Shown here piece after piece: positions 38,916 through 55,344 of a stretch of DNA of 64,000 nt (its first letter is position 1; each line of letters begins with the position of its first letter). Below the pieces are notes generated by a model. It was not told the DNA's origin, did not search any database, and was given only the letters and a program-made list of their open reading frames with translations. Where the stretch lies: NCBI GenBank assembly GCA_030265395.1, contig JARFYF010000074.1, positions 96,206,756-96,270,755 on the forward strand. The letters are read 5' to 3'. Source of the stretch: Rhina ancylostomus (taxonomy: Eukaryota). Position numbers and translations under genes: made by a program.

Positions 38916-39607
38916 CCTCTGCACTTATGCACTTCTGTCAGTTGTGGTCTATCATGGCATGTTTCAATAGAATAATTCATTGTATTGCAAAGTTTGTTCA
39001 ATAAATCCGAACAGTGATTTGACATAATTTTGTTTTCTGTGGAGCATTTGTAAAGTATTTCTATTTCTCCATTTATTGGAATTAGTGTCTTGGTTACATT
39101 ACTCTGACAGACAATTCTAAAACTGGTTGTTAGTTATGTCATGTACAAGTGTTCCCACTATCACTCACTACTAAAATGGTACAATTTACCTCTTAAAAAT
39201 GCATTTTTATAGAATAATTGTTTTANNNNNNNNNNCTACATGTTATACTTTTACTTAGTATGTGGTATGGCTTAAAATACTGCATTTTTTTGCTAGAACT
39301 CAATTATGAATTGCCTTATGCCTTAAGAATTTGACTATATGAATGAAGTAATCAAAAATGGAATTACTTCTCTAATTTGAAATCATATACATGTATTGCA
39401 AAGCTGTACTGAAATTCAGAGTTGATTTAATTAGAAATGCCTTACACTTATTTCACTTTATTTATGGCACATGCCTGATGAAAATACATGTTATTTTCTT
39501 TGAAGAGCATTTTTTAATTTGTATTCCTGAAATACAAATATGAGTTGCCAAGAAGCTACGATGTTGAAATGTTAGTTTCATTTATGGAACATTCTTATCC
39601 TTTCTAA

Positions 39608-39745
<138 letters not shown>

Positions 39746-40324
39746 TAAGTATCTTTTATGGAAACCTTTGAACTGTTATGATTAGGTTCACTTAACATTT
39801 GGTTATTCATAGCACCGTGCTGGTTTAAAAGTACATAATTCTAATTGATTAACTTCATCTGTTCAGTTTGATTTAAATTGTAATCTTGTCTCTTATANNN
39901 NNNNNNNNNNNNNNNNNNNNNNNNNNNNNNNNNNNNNNNNNNNNNNNNNNNNNNNNNNNNNNNNNNNNNNNNNNNNNNNNNNNNNNNNNNNNNNNNNNNN
40001 NNNNNNNNNNNNNNNNNNNNNNNNNNNNNNNNNNNNNNNNNNNNNNNNNNNNNNNNNNNNNNNNNNNNNNNNNNNNNNNNNNNNNNNNNNNNNNNNNNNN
40101 NNNNNNNNNNNNNNNNNNNNNNNNNNNNNNNNNNNNNNNNNNNNNNNNNNNNNNNNNNNNNNNNNNNNNNNNNNNNNNNNNNNNNNNNNNNNNAATCTTG
40201 TCTCTTATAAAAGGGTGTTTTTGACTGTTCTGTAAATTTCTTATCTTTACATTTTCATTTGTTTCAACTAAAAGTAATACATACATAAGTAACATATATT
40301 TAATCGCTTAATATAATTAAAAGT

Positions 40325-41790
40325 TATAAGACATAGGAGCAGAATTAGGCCATTTGGCCCAATTAGTCTGCTCCACCATTCAATCATTTTTTGCCCTCTC
40401 AACACCGTTCTCCTGCCTTCTCACCGTAACCTTTGACAACCTTACTAGTCAAGAACCTATCAACCTCCACTTTAAGTATACCCAATAACTTGGCCCCCAC
40501 AGCCATCTGTGGCAATGAATTCCACAAATCCACCACTTTCTGTCTAAAGAAATTCTTCCTAACCTCTGTTCTAAAGGGATATCCTTCTATTCTGAGGCTG
40601 TGCCCTCTGGTCCAAGATTCTCCCACGACTGGAAATATCCTCTTCACGTCCATTCCGTCCAGGCGTTTCAATATTTGGTAGGTTTCAATGAGATCCCCCT
40701 CTTATCCTTCTAAACTTCAGCAAGAATAGGTCCAGAGCCATCAAACACTCATCATATGTAAACCCTTTCATACCTAGGATCATTCTTGTAAACCTCCTCT
40801 GGACCCTCTCCAATACCAGCACATTCTCCCTTTTAATATGGGACCCAAAACTGCTCACAATATTCCAAATGTGGTCTGACCAATGCCTTATACAGCCTCA
40901 GCATTACCTCCTTGCTTTTATATTCTAGTCCTCTCAAAATAAATGTTAACATTGTATTTGCCTTCCTTGCTACTGACTCAACCTGCAAGTTAACCTTGAA
41001 GGAATCCTGCACTAGGACTTCCAAGTGCCTTTGCACCTCCAATTTCTGAATTTGCTCCCCATTTAGAAAATAGTCTACACCGTTATTCCTTCTACCAATG
41101 TGCATGACCATACACTTCTGTACACTGTATTCCATCTGCCACTTCTTTGCCCATTCTCCCACCCTGTCCAAATTGTTCTGCAGACTCCCTGCTTCCTCAA
41201 CACAACCTGCCCCGCCACCTATCTTTGTATCATCCGCAAACTTGGCCACAAAGCCATCGGTTCTGTCACCTAGATCATCAACATAATGTATAACGTGAAA
41301 AATAGCAGACCCAACAGTGAATTCTATCAAACTATGATCACTGCCTCCTAAGGGTTCCCTTGCCTTTAGCTCCCTTATCAAATCTGGTTCACTGGACAGC
41401 ACTAAATCCAGAAATGCCTTTTCCCTAGTGCGCACAACCACAAGCTGCTCTAAGAATCCATCTTGTAGGCATTCTACAAATTCCTCCTCTTCGGATCCAG
41501 TACCAACTTGATTTTCCCAAGCTACCTGCATATTGCAATNNNNNNNNNNATTTTTGAATCCCCCCCCCCCCCCCCCCCTGACCATTATAACATTTCCCTT
41601 TTTACATGCCTTTTCTCTTTCCTGTTGTAATTTGTACACCACGTCCCAGCTGCTATTTGGAGGCCTATATAAAATTCCCATTAGGGTCATTTTTCCCCTG
41701 CAATTTCTTAACTCTACCCACGTTTTCTGCATCTTCTGATCCTATGTCATGTCTTGCTCAGGATTTGATATCATTTTTTCCCCAACAGAG
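40325..41790 (-). mobile_element. CR1-type LINE with a large internal deletion (endonuclease fused to RT C-terminus)
   Basis: ORF 40833-41732: APE motifs 'ILYRPPNS' and 'GSDH', directly followed by 'AKFADDTKIGG..HLEYCEQFW'; intact CR1 3' end. Confidence 0.9.
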
Positions 41791-43582
41791 CCACCCCTGT
41801 GGCTGTTTATGGACTGATTTTTAAATTTGATTCATAGTCCTGAATACTGTCCTAACAGTGAGCCACATAAATTGTATACACTTGAAGCTGCTTTACCTAT
41901 TCAATCCAACTCTATGCCCTTGTCAGTGTTATATCGCTGTGATCTTCTTCACCCACCCTGCTGAACACATTTTGCTCTGTCGATCCAATTACTTCCCTGC
42001 ACATCCTGTACCTCCATTACTTCTGACCACTCACTGACCTCAATACAATGTAAATGTAAGTGTTATAAGCTATTATTTCTCTTTCAATAGTACTCTACTC
42101 TCCTCAAAAGAAAATGTTTAATCTTTGGCCCCTTCCCCACCTGTCATTCTGTCTCTAATGTTCCTCTGCTCCAACTGACGTTTCCAATTTCATAACACTT
42201 TTTAAACAAATACCTTCTAAGTCCATCTTTTGCCGTGCCCATAACACTATAACCACTCCGACCAAAGTTGGAAATGACGTCCTTTGCAACTTCAGTGTGA
42301 ATTATCCCATCCTAATCTCTGTTACCAATTGATGATATCACTATATTAGTCTTTGTTATTGTCCAGGTCTGTGGAATTGACTTCACTCCTGCTTCAATGC
42401 AGCCTGAAAAGCTTCAGCAGTATCTTTTCTGACCACCATTTTGACATCCCCAAAGGATATTTCTCTTTCTTGCCTTCTCATTCACCCCCAGTTATATCAT
42501 TTGAAGGTATGCAGTTACAATGCGTGTGCATACCAATAACTCTACATTAAGCTCAGCACTAATTTGAAACCACAGTTACCTCAGCTTGGAATACAATAAG
42601 TTATGAATTAATAAGCTTCCTCCCAACTAAATTTTTAAATAACCAAAATTAGCATTTTTGGTGGTTGGTTTAGAGTTTACTTCATTGTTCTTAAGTCCAT
42701 TACTCTAGTCATTCACATGACATGAAACATCTGTGTGCAATTGGACCTGAAGATTAGTTTTAAGCCCCACATTCCATCATTGCAGTATGTCAGCAGGAAA
42801 AGCTTAAAGTATTCAAATTTATGACAGGAAGATTTAGTTCTAGTCATTGATTGCTCTTTCAGCTTTAGTCCTGCATGATTGATTCTTGTTATATTGTATT
42901 TCTCTTCAATCCCACTATTGATGGGACTATTTAATACTATTTTTCTTGGTCTTCAATTCCTTTCTGTACTGCTGACCAGATTTTTTTATAAATATGTTAA
43001 AAGCTCATCTCATTGACTAACCTTTTTATTATTTCTAATTTTCACCTCATGGCTTCCCATTTGTTCTTTGAATTTGATCTCTGGCAATATAAGGCACTGT
43101 TAAATTTTCTACATTGGAGAAGGCACTCAGTTGAAAATAGTTATTTTAAAAAGTGGCTTTTATATCCATGATTTTCATTGCTGTGCTGTTGGCAGCCATC
43201 CATTCACCTGCTTTGACTCAAATTGTACAATTCTCTGAATCTCTTAACGTGTCTTTCCTCCTTTACAGTGCTCCTTAAAATCTACCTCAGATATTTTTTT
43301 GTTCCTATGTCCTAGTACATCCTTGTGCAGCTTGGTGTCAGATTTTGTTTAACTTTCTATGCAGTGTCTTTGGACATTTTAATACATTAAAATTGCTTTA
43401 TAAACAGAAACTGGCAGTGCTACATCAGTAGGAATGATATTTCTACTTTTAGTCTGGTTTTTCAATTTAAGAATAAATTTTCTAACCAATTTCTGATTCC
43501 TAAAACCTCCTCATGGCATATTTACAGTGCTCAATATTAAATCAATGCTGCTAATTTGTATATCCTTCCTTTCCTTCCCCAG

Positions 43583-43629
43583 AGAGATTATTTTATCCCA
43601 AGAAGCAGAATGCAAGGAGGAACTCATTC
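43583..43629 (+). CDS. TBC1D23: TBC1D23 exon 7 (EIILSQEAECKEELI)
   Basis: Strong pyrimidine tract and cag acceptor, gtaagt donor, 47 nt phase 2 to 1. Confidence 0.9.
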
Positions 43630-45739
43630 GTAAGTTTGCCCAAATAGTCAATTTTTTCTGAATTAAATTTGCAACTTAAAAGTCAGAGATCCTCTGCATA
43701 CTCAGACAATGAATCTAGTGTGTAATGTAATTTTGAAAATTGTTCCTAAAATTTCCTTCAACTGAAAACAGCTTGAAGTTGAGTAAAACTCTTTTATTTG
43801 TAGAAATAACTTCAATTTTTAACTAGCCTAATTTTCTCAATTCATTGGTGGCAATTTGAAACAAAAAATAGAAAGCAACATTGACACCAGTTTAAAAATG
43901 CATCGATTGTATTTCCTTCAAGAAATTTAACTTTATGTTTACGCACAGAGATTTCACAACTAAGAAATGAAATGATTCAGGTTTCTGAGTTTTAGCATTA
44001 AGTACTCCTTGGTCAGGTGCAGTACAACTAGATGAGGGAGTAAAGCTCCTTTTGCTCTGTCTCAATTATGTATTTTACTCCACTACAAAAGAGCAATATT
44101 GCACCACTTAGGCACAAGTATTGACATGTTTTTTCTACACTAGCCATGTACACTGTGACCTTCATTTAAAACAGATAAAGAGCCAGTGCATTTCTTTCCA
44201 TGTTAATTGACTTTTAACATTGATATTTAGTTCATTAAAATTAATACAGAAAGCTATCAAGGAATTGAAAATGGATACTGTATCTTGAACGTTAATTGTA
44301 TGTATAAATAACTTGGAAATGATATATGTTTTGGACTAAATGAAAGTAAAAGCTTTTACCTTGTGCTTGTGCAGCTTTTTTTCCACATCTTGGCCAGTTT
44401 TTCTTCAAGATTAGGGTCTTGTAAGATCATTTCAGTTGGGTTGTTCAGTATTATAATTGCATATGTTGTTAAATTAGGAAATGTCCTGTATGTTGTAGTG
44501 ACGTAAGTGAGAATTTATGTTAAATATTAAGTTTCTTGCCTAGGATTAGGAGTATACAAATAATTCATATTACACTTCAAGCATTGTTTCTTTTGGAATT
44601 GCCAATTTGTTGCATCCTTAATGGTTTGATAACTGGCAAACTATTCTCAGACCATTGCCAGGCTGTTTCTTTGAGTGTTACTGATCAGCTAATTGCTGAG
44701 GGAGATAATCATGATGCAGAACTATTGTTGTATTAGCTGTCTTCAAAATTCAGATCTCTCTATCTGGGACGTATTGAAAGTGGCTTTCTTCAGATCAATG
44801 TTAATAGAATGATACAAATTTCCTGTGCTACAGTGATCAATCCCAAGACTTTTCATTTGTACACAGTCTCACTGTGGAATTGAGATTAAAATCAGTTTGT
44901 GTGCTTTTAAGACACATTGACTATATGTATATTTAATTCATTTGAAATGGGTTTGATGTACTTTTAACCTGCATTAATCCGGGGAATTATGGTCATGATA
45001 CATCTCTCATACCATCACTCAGATTATAGCATAATTTAATCTGCTCTTATCACAGATCTGTTTGCCATATAGCCTATAAATAGCCATTATAAACATGCCT
45101 GTGTCTTGTTTATAATTAAAGGGTATAATTCTCCATCAATACAACTTGGATAAACGTAACTTCCCCCCACTAAAAAGAATTCTCTACCCAAGCTATCCTA
45201 TCAATTTCTTTGTTCTTCTGCCCTTAACTTGTATAGCTTGACTTGTATAGCTGCTCCCTTTGGGGAAGTCCACTAGTAAAAGAGCAAGAACACATTGCTT
45301 TATGAATTGAGTTTCCTTTGCAAAAATGCTCAATCATCAAAATTGTTCTTTTCTTTTTTGCAAAATTGCCAATCGACAGCAACCTGCCCTCCCTACCATC
45401 ATCATCCACGATGAAACTTCAAACATTGTGCCTGAGAACAATGGTTGAATTATCATAATTTTGTTTAGCTGCTAAATTTCAATGGTTCCTTGTAATGAAA
45501 AGAGCATTGTTAGCCAAAACTTGCATTTTGTTAAATACTGAGTTGTGTATCGCCAGAGTATAAAGTAATGATGCAAAATCAAAGTGGTGTAGATGCTAGA
45601 AATCTGAAATAAAAGCAGAAAATATTGATAGCTCAGGCAATCTTTGTAGAGATGTTGCCCTTTCCACAACCAATAATGCTCAATGAACTGCTGATCTTCC
45701 TCCCCACCCCCAAACATTTTCCATTTTCTTTTATTTATT

Positions 45740-46170
45740 ATTAGAGAGGATACAAAAGAGATTTAATCGTCTGATTCCTGGGATGAGGGACCTTAGTTGT
45801 GTGTGTAGATTGGAGAAGTTGGAGTGGTTCTCCTTGGAGCAGAGAGGATTGGAAAGGGATTATGATGGATTTAAACAGAACAGATAGAGAAAAGCTCGTG
45901 AAAGGTTCATGATGCAGAGGATCTTTAAGAATGATATTGATATAAGCATCAAAATATCTTGAGGAAAGTAATTAGAATCTGGAGAGGACTGCTGGGGTGG
46001 GGGGAACTATTAGAGGCAGATTCAAGTGTGCTATTCAAATGAGAACTGGATGAGTACATGAAAGGATGGAATTTACAGGGTAAGGAAGAGGGCAGAAGAG
46101 AAAGACTAATAGAATTGCTGTTGTATAAAGCTGCCACAGAAGGATTAGGTCAAATGGACTGTTTCCATGT
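45740..46170 (+). mobile_element. Degenerate CR1 3' fragment
   Basis: 'ttctccttggagcagagagg', 'aaatgagaactggatgagtac', CR1-like tail. Confidence 0.6.
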
Positions 46171-47115
46171 TGAAATCTTTCTGTCATGAAGTTTAATGAT
46201 TTTACTTGGAGGTATGTGATCCATTCATCATACCAATGTGAATAAATGCAACTCTGCCGGGCATGGTCACTTTGTTCCTGATTTCCACATGAACACATTG
46301 CAATGTAAAATCAGAAACAAATTGGAAATCAGATGTTGAAGCATTCTAACTTCCTTCTGCTATACTAGTGGGTGCAGTGTTGAGTCTAATGGTCCTGAGT
46401 TGAGGGATGCATTTTGATGGTTGGCTTAGGTAACCCAACCCCATTTGTAGAGTAAGTGCAAGTAAGTGACTTATTGGTTTTCCTAATCTTATTGCCTTAA
46501 TTAATTTCTAATGTTGTCAAAAAAATCAGTAAAGCTCTGTCTAAGCTGATCTATCTATCAAATTTTTCATTGCAAGTCAGCAGTTATGCTGTTACTCTAG
46601 TGTTAGGACAGGTGTATATGTGACTATTAAAAGGATTTGGATTGAAGTTTCAGAAAAGCATAAATTATGAAGCAGGTGATTTTCCAGAAATAATTTTCTT
46701 TGCTTATTTCAAGTAGGTACATTTTAAAAAGGTTGTTCCTTTCACATATTTATATAGGATTAAACATACGCAAATAACTACTATAGAGCCAGTGAACATA
46801 ATTCATTCCACTGTTCTTCTTGTCGGTTACTTCAAAAGAAGTTCATGCTTAAACTCGTTCTTCTCTACAAGAATAATTTTCTTTCTTTGCCAATACATAA
46901 ATTATGACCTTTTTAGTGTTTTTGTGTTGTGCATTTGTGGCCTTTGTAAATTATTTCCTATATAAATAGAAATTTTGAACTGTTGATTCAACTATTTCAA
47001 TGAATTTGTGTATGTAACATACTGGATGTAAGCCATAAATATTTAAGTACGTTTTTGTGATTGAGCAGTATCCTTTTTCAATTATATCTGAGGTCAAAGC
47101 AAATATATTTCTTAA

Positions 47116-47382
<267 letters not shown>

Positions 47383-49460
47383 TGAAAATCAAACAACAGT
47401 AGGTTTTTATTTTTGATCAGTATGTGTCAACTAAACATATAAACAAGATTCGAATGAGGCAGATTTTCTTTAAATAATTTGTATGCTATTTTGAAAGAAG
47501 TATAACTTTAAACCAATCATATTTAATTCCTTAAAAACATTTGTAAACATTTATGACAAGGCAAGAATGTTGTGCTATTTTTAAAAGTAATTAAAATTAG
47601 CATGCAAGATGCCTTCCATCACAAAAAAAATCTTGAATTTGTCTGAGAAGGTTAACCATATTTTTGTCTAAAGCCAACATTTGAAAAATCAGTAACTGAT
47701 ATCAAAAGATCAGAGATCATTGCAATGGTGTCAGTGAATCAAACCTGAGTCTGCTCTTTCTCCTCTGACACTTTGAGCATCCTAATTTATTCCTTCTCTT
47801 ATCTTTTGTTTAAATTTATAATTTTCTCTCTCTCCCAGCTAAGCATAATAAAACTTTTCTCTCCAAGATGTTCACACTTCATTTCAGTTTATTAAGTGTT
47901 CTGCCCCGCATTCCTCTCTCATCTTAGCCTCCATGCAAACTCCTTAACTGCTACTTTATGTCACCCTGCTGCTCCCATTATATCAAACACAGTCACTTCT
48001 CATCTCTTGCCTTTGTAACATTCCACCCTCTCAGCCCTTTTCTGGGTTAATTGCTGGTAAAAGCTCTCCCTACAATTTCCCTTAGATGCCATGCATCAGA
48101 TTCTCATTGCTATTGGACATAGACAGGTGAAACTCTACCGCGGTATTTGTGTTTTTATTTTTTTCTATATGCTATGGTAAATTACATTGAGAGACTATAT
48201 TTTGTACTTGGGCTTTATGTGTTTGCCTGTTGTAGAATTGACTGCTCTGAAGACTGCCACACAATTGATTTCATTGTTGAAATACAGTTGGGTAATGATT
48301 CAAACCATTGTTGAGACTGGGATGGTTCATGGGAGAAGAAAGTGCAACCATATTTTCAAACTTCAAAACAATATAGAAAGGAAAATCTAATTTATATATT
48401 CTGCCTTCGTGGTTTGAAGACAACTTTTTATGATTAGTTAGTGCCCTTCATTAGAAAAGCCTTCTCTCTTACACCTGGTTCAGAGTCATGGAGATAATTT
48501 TTTTTTTCCCCTTTACTGCTGGCTTGAATCATAAGTGGAATCTGATGCCAAATTTTAAGCATAGTCCGGTGTAACAGAACAGCACTGATTTTTGAACCAT
48601 GTTTGCTCATTTTGCAAGGGTAAAATAATGAAAGAAATAGACACGCTGGTAAATTAGAAGCATTGTATTCAGATTAAAAGAACACTTTTCTATTTATATT
48701 GTGCTTCAAGATGTATGTCAATTACTGGATTACTTTAAAAATAGGTTCTGTTTGATTGTAGGTCAATTCGCATATTGCAAGATTGTATACACAACAATGA
48801 ACTACATTTCCAGAAAAACATGGTCATGTTTTGCATGATAAATGTTGGCCAGATGCTGATTTAAAACCCATCTCCAATGTTCAAAATAGAATCAAAGAGT
48901 CTTTTATCTCTTCTTGAGAATACATATCTTAGTTTATAGTTTTAGCTGATAGATGATGCACTCCCCTAGTCTTGCATTAAACTAATAACTTAGATATATG
49001 TGCTGGTATCTCTGTAGTGGTGCTTGAACCCATAATTTTGTAACTCAAAGGCAAGAGGATTACCTCCAAGCCAAGACAGATATTGAGAGTTGTCAATGCA
49101 CATTGTTGGGGCCCAGAAAAAGGTTTGTTCCACATCTGACCTCAAATTACTAAGTTCTGACCCCAAATTCATAAAGTAAATATAAATCTGCATTTTCTTG
49201 TCCTGATGTGTTTCACTTTGATAACCACAAAAATTCATCACAAAAGAACAATAAAGGATTGGCAATTTGCACTTTATCTAATAAAAAAAAATTCCTAAGG
49301 AAAGTGGAAGCAATCCTTGCATCTTGACTTGAGTTTCAGTTGCTTTCAATTCTCCTGTCTTGTGAATCAGATGTTTGATATGGCTTCCAGTTCAAATGCA
49401 GATATTTTTAAGTAGCAGTACAACTATTGCCATCTAGTTGTTGACGGTGATTGTTCATGA

Positions 49461-49649
<189 letters not shown>

Positions 49650-50559
49650 TGAGCAGTGTTGCATGTGTGATTTTTTTTTGTTGTTGTTGTTCATTTGATC
49701 GATTATTTATGAAATATCAAGATTCCCTGTATAGAAATGTAAGCCTGAGCAGGGAATAAGTCACTGCTGCTACCAGATACACAATAAGACATGTCAGAGA
49801 TCTGAAGTAAATATCAGGTGTTGCAAATAATTAACAGTTCAGGTGGCATTGGCAGAGCAAGAAACAGTGGTAGTGATTTGGGTCAAAAGATTTTAGCCAG
49901 AAATAGCAAATGCCAGAGATCCAACAGATTCTAAGCAAATACAGAGACTGTAAAATTGACTAGAGGAGGAAAGAACAAAAAGGGAAGGTCAGATAGTACA
50001 GAAGGCAGTATTGTAAATGCCAAGAGATTGGGATGATGAGTCATGGCAAAAGGGAATGGAAATGAGACAATTAAAGAAGCAAAAGATGGGTCAAGTGGAT
50101 CTATTAATGCAAATACCAGAATTGTTGTAGTAGTGCTGTCCAAAGTACAGGTTCCTATTCATTACAGTTTGATGGTACTAAACTTCAGAAGATGTTACCA
50201 CATTTTTGCTATTTGATTACAATTTTTTATTTAATGAATCATTGTTTAAATAACTCAGTATCTCCAAATGTTCTATTTATCTTCATAGAAGTAACATTGG
50301 AAATGTAAATGTAAGTGTTTTAAATTAAAACACATTCTTCACAACCAGAAACTTCTTTCATCTCACTCTAAAACATATACAGTTCAGCATTTTACATAAA
50401 TGGAAAGAGAAAAGTTTTGTTTGCTGAGAAATTTAAAATGGCATTATTAAACCCAGATTGTAAATTTACATTGCAGTTGCAGGATGGTGTTACAGTTTGA
50501 TAATACTTAAAGGTATAAATGTTAATTAAAAAAATAATGACACTATGAAACAACAGTAA

Positions 50560-50853
<294 letters not shown>

Positions 50854-51693
50854 TAAGTGTAAAGTACTGGATAAGTGTATGTTTAGCATACGTGTACTAA
50901 GGTTGTTTAATATTGTTTCGAATTATTGCATTTTATTCTTGGCTCCCTTGCAGGATCTTTCTAGATAATGTGAGATACTTATCTGCTTAGCAGGTTCAAG
51001 TTCCATTAGATTACATGCTGGGCCCAGATACTGAAAAGTTTGGAAGGATCAGCACTGAGACATGTGAATTAGGATTGGTCCAAATTAATAATTAAAACCT
51101 CATATTGTTGGTGAGGTCCTGTTGGGATACTTTACATTGTTTTGGACAAATGGCTTTAAGAAGACGTGATGATCTTGGTTTTGGTGATCAAGTTAAGGAG
51201 ACAGTCTTGGTGCTAAACTGAATTTTATGTCAGGTAAAATGTTCCAATTTTTAAAATGCTGAGAGGAATGGGTAATATAGATCATAAAGGCAGTAAGTAT
51301 ATGAATAAAGCCTACAGACAGAGATTTTGATTTTTATTATATGGCACATAAGTGAAAACAGCTAATGTATATATTAATTTCTAAAAGAATTGTACAAATA
51401 TCAGGGTAATTTGAGATCTCTGAATTGTTATCAGTGGACAGCTATTTTCCCTATAATCTTTATAAAAAATCAGTAATTTTCTTAAGCTTCATAAAGGAAA
51501 TATGAAGTTAAAACAGTCACATTTGGAATGTGTTGTGGATAAATGTAACTGACCAATTTTATTTTTTATATAAAATGCACTNNNNNNNNNNAGCCATGCT
51601 GGAGCTGGAAAATCCACACTGCAAGTTACTGTATAATTAAAATAGATAATGACTTTAAAATTAGTTTTTATTAATAGAATTAAGCTACATTAA

Positions 51694-51933
<240 letters not shown>

Positions 51934-52804
51934 TGATATAACTTGGGCATAATTTAGCTTCTGCTCTATCAATTAGAGTATTAGCAAAAAAAAGTAATAC
52001 AGGAAATTAAATATTTCAAGTCCACAATGTCTAAATAATTCTTAATACTAGGAAGCAAAGCAACCTGTCTCTATCATGTAGTATGAGTTGAAAACAAAAT
52101 ATTCTTTAAAAAATGGCCATCCTTGAATAAAAGTAATAAAATTCATCATCATTATGCATTCTCTATACAAAATATGCACAGGTGACCCTAGTACTTTGGG
52201 AAGCCGTGTTAATAAGTGTACACCTGAAAATATTTTCAAGATATAGATGTTTCTATTTGCACTTGTCTATATCACTGTAATTTTTTTTTACAAATGTTAA
52301 ATATAGTGAAATTCATGCCATTAACCCTTTCTGGACCCTGCACGTGGCGATATTAAATATTGAATAGTCTCAAGGGGGATTTGCATTTTAGGATAACTGA
52401 AAAACTTTAAAGAAGTATAACTGAAGAGAAATTCCATTTACTTTCTAAATGTGAGAACAATCTACAAAGAATATGAGATTAACATTTGTTTAATAAACAC
52501 TGAATATTGGTGTTTGTTCTATCTTTTTGATATAAAAACATTGAAGAAAACATCTGTCATGTTTGAGCTCCTAGTAGCTATAACTTTGACTTGCTATCAT
52601 TTTTATTATTCAGCAATTAGAACTTGTACAGCTGTTGAACAATTTGTTCAAGTTGTTGTATTTTAAACTTGTTAGACTTAACCATTAATTTTTCATCCCA
52701 TTTAACCCATAAAAATGTGTAATGAATCTTTGAATACATCAGGTTATGTGTTTTGTGATTATGCTTAATATTAAAATATTATTTAAAATGTTTTTATACT
52801 CTAG

Positions 52805-52847
52805 AAAAATAAAGAGTATGTTAGTATTGCAAGAGGAGGCTTTATGG
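52805..52847 (+). CDS. TBC1D23: TBC1D23 exon 12 (KNKEYVSIARGGFM)
   Basis: ctag acceptor, gtaagt donor; rhodanese C-terminal GGF motif. Confidence 0.93.
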
Positions 52848-55344
52848 GTAAGTTCTCAATATTCGATTGTTGGTTCATTTTATTCAGATATTGCATGAAA
52901 GTATTGAAGGCATTTCCACTTTATTGACACGAGCATGTCCCAACCCAGCTCAATAATTTAATTTGGTTGGAAATATGTTTACTATGTAACATCCATGCCT
53001 ACTGCTTTGGGCAAATATTTCCATTCTAGATTGACAGGCAAAAAATTGTTCATTCTGGTGTCACATATGCTTTATTCTTTGTAATCAACTTGTGGGGTTA
53101 AATACTGCTGTCACTGATGGTGTAATTACAGAAATTGTGTGTGCAGTTAAAACAAAATATGTGTGCAAAATACTTACAGCTAATGGAAATGTGCAATAAA
53201 GGGATTGTGGAATTGATTGATAAAGACTTGATTGATTTCTGATAATTTGATAATCTATAATTGTAGTAGTCACTGTATCTTTTATGTTCAGTTGTATGCC
53301 ATTGCTGCTCAGCAGCCATTTCATTAGATAATTTAAATTTGTCAAGTTATGACCTGCTTTCAGCTTTTGTCACAATATTGATGTTATTTTACAGGTTTTA
53401 GTCGATTTGGCGTGGCATCCAATACCCAATCTAATTTCTTTTTATTTGTCAGTTTGCATGCTGTTTTCTGATAGCAGAGTCTTCCTTCACTGTTTTATGC
53501 AAAGAATTTTGCAGCATAAGTAAGAGAGGGTACATTCTACAATTTAAAGTATCTATTCAGAAAGATCATTAGTTACTGTTTGGGAGTTCTGCCATACTTT
53601 CCGTAAAAGTTCCTGTTTGGGATGACCAATATTGAACAACTGTTTAATTTAATTACTGATGCAAATAAGGCCTATTTAATATACTGTTGACAATAATTAG
53701 GAATTAGAGAGTATATCTGCTGAATCTTGTCAGTGTTTGCTTTCCACCCACATTATTGACATTTTCTTCTATGAAATTGAATTTTCACCAAGCTTATTCC
53801 ANNNNNNNNNNNNNNNNNNNNNNNNNNNNNNNNNNNNNNNNNNNNNNNNNNNNNNNNNNNNNNNNNNNNNNNNNNNNNNNNNNNNNNNNNNNNNNNNNNN
53901 NTTATTCCATGTTCGACAAAAAAGTGGATGAATTCAAATAACTTTAGTTGAGAATGGAAACCAGCTGCTGTAGCTTAGTTCTAACTATAACTCCTTAATT
54001 AAGTGTAATTTGAATTCTTGGGTAAATAACATGCTGCAGAGTATGATAACTAGAGATTTTCTAGTCAAGATTTATTGTACATTGATAGCATTATGTTTCA
54101 AAGCTGTTGCTTTGAGGCGACCCAGAAACAAGTATGATATTCAACAGGATAGTTGTGTACAAATTGTACTCCTTTTTGAAGTGTTAAAAACAATAAAATC
54201 TTTAATATGGGATGATGTAATAATTCTGTTGAATAAATTTCCCGTCAGATCCAAGGGGGGGGGGAATTGTATTTTGTATCAAGTCAAATTATATACTGAA
54301 TTATTAATTTTTATGTTTGACTTTTCCCAAAAGGTACAATACTATTTTTTTTTCCCTTAGGCAATGTACTGAGTTAGAGGACACAAAAAAAAATCTTTAA
54401 ACTTTTAAATTTTAAATTATTATATAGATGTCAATATTTACTGATTATAATTTTATATACAAATGGTATAATGCTACTCAGTGTAAAATTTTCTGTCCTG
54501 CCATTCTGGACCTGAAATTATGGTATAGTCTAACAAATATGTAGCCCTCTTTTCACTAGCTGTAACTTTCCTTTGCTATAGAAATTAAGAATTATGTAAA
54601 ACATTGTGGGAAGGCTCTGATACATTTAGTGTCCTTGGTTGCTGTTGGAAGCTGCATCCCTTTTTTTATTTTTGAAGCCCTTTTCCTGCAAGTCATTTCT
54701 ACCTTAAGTTTAGACTTAGTGATTCATTGCCTTGTTTATCATGGGGTTTAAGACTGTCCTAGAACAACCTTTTATTATTTTCAGATGTAGTGTGATACGA
54801 ACAAATATGTTGCATTTGTGAATAATGTACACTGATATTTTATTAATTGGTGTGCAGGCTAGGAAAGACATGAGCAAATCATACAATATTTTCTGAAATG
54901 TGAAGAGTTGAATCACTGTTATAGTGAGTTAAAGCTGTATAAAGCATATTAATGTGCAAAAGTTTGTGTTTTAAATCATATCAATTTCATGTATTAATTT
55001 TGTCATATTATTTATAGTGTTTGTATTTATTATTTATGTGGTATTTGGTCAATCTTAAATATTTGGAAGAGCTCTGTGTTGTGCTGTTCTATGAGCCATG
55101 ACTAGTTTTGCCCAACCCACATGGTTTATGTTGTCTCTTGAGGAAACATGTAAGGGACAACTATCTACAATCTTAGGCTGTTGGATAAAAACCAGGAATA
55201 GAAACACTAATAGTTCTTTCCCCTCTTAACAAAGGGGTGCTGAGCCCACTTGTATCATTTTGTCATGGCCCTGGTTAAGATCAGTTAATTTAGTAGTGTT
55301 TGGAGTGAACCTAGTTCCTTCTTGGATTCAGCTTGTTTAGAGTG

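Noticed and set aside
39882-40209. AATCTTGTCTCTTATA duplicated around a ~296-N gap
   Set aside because: Could be a TSD around an unassembled SINE-sized insertion, but is indistinguishable from an assembly overlap without reads
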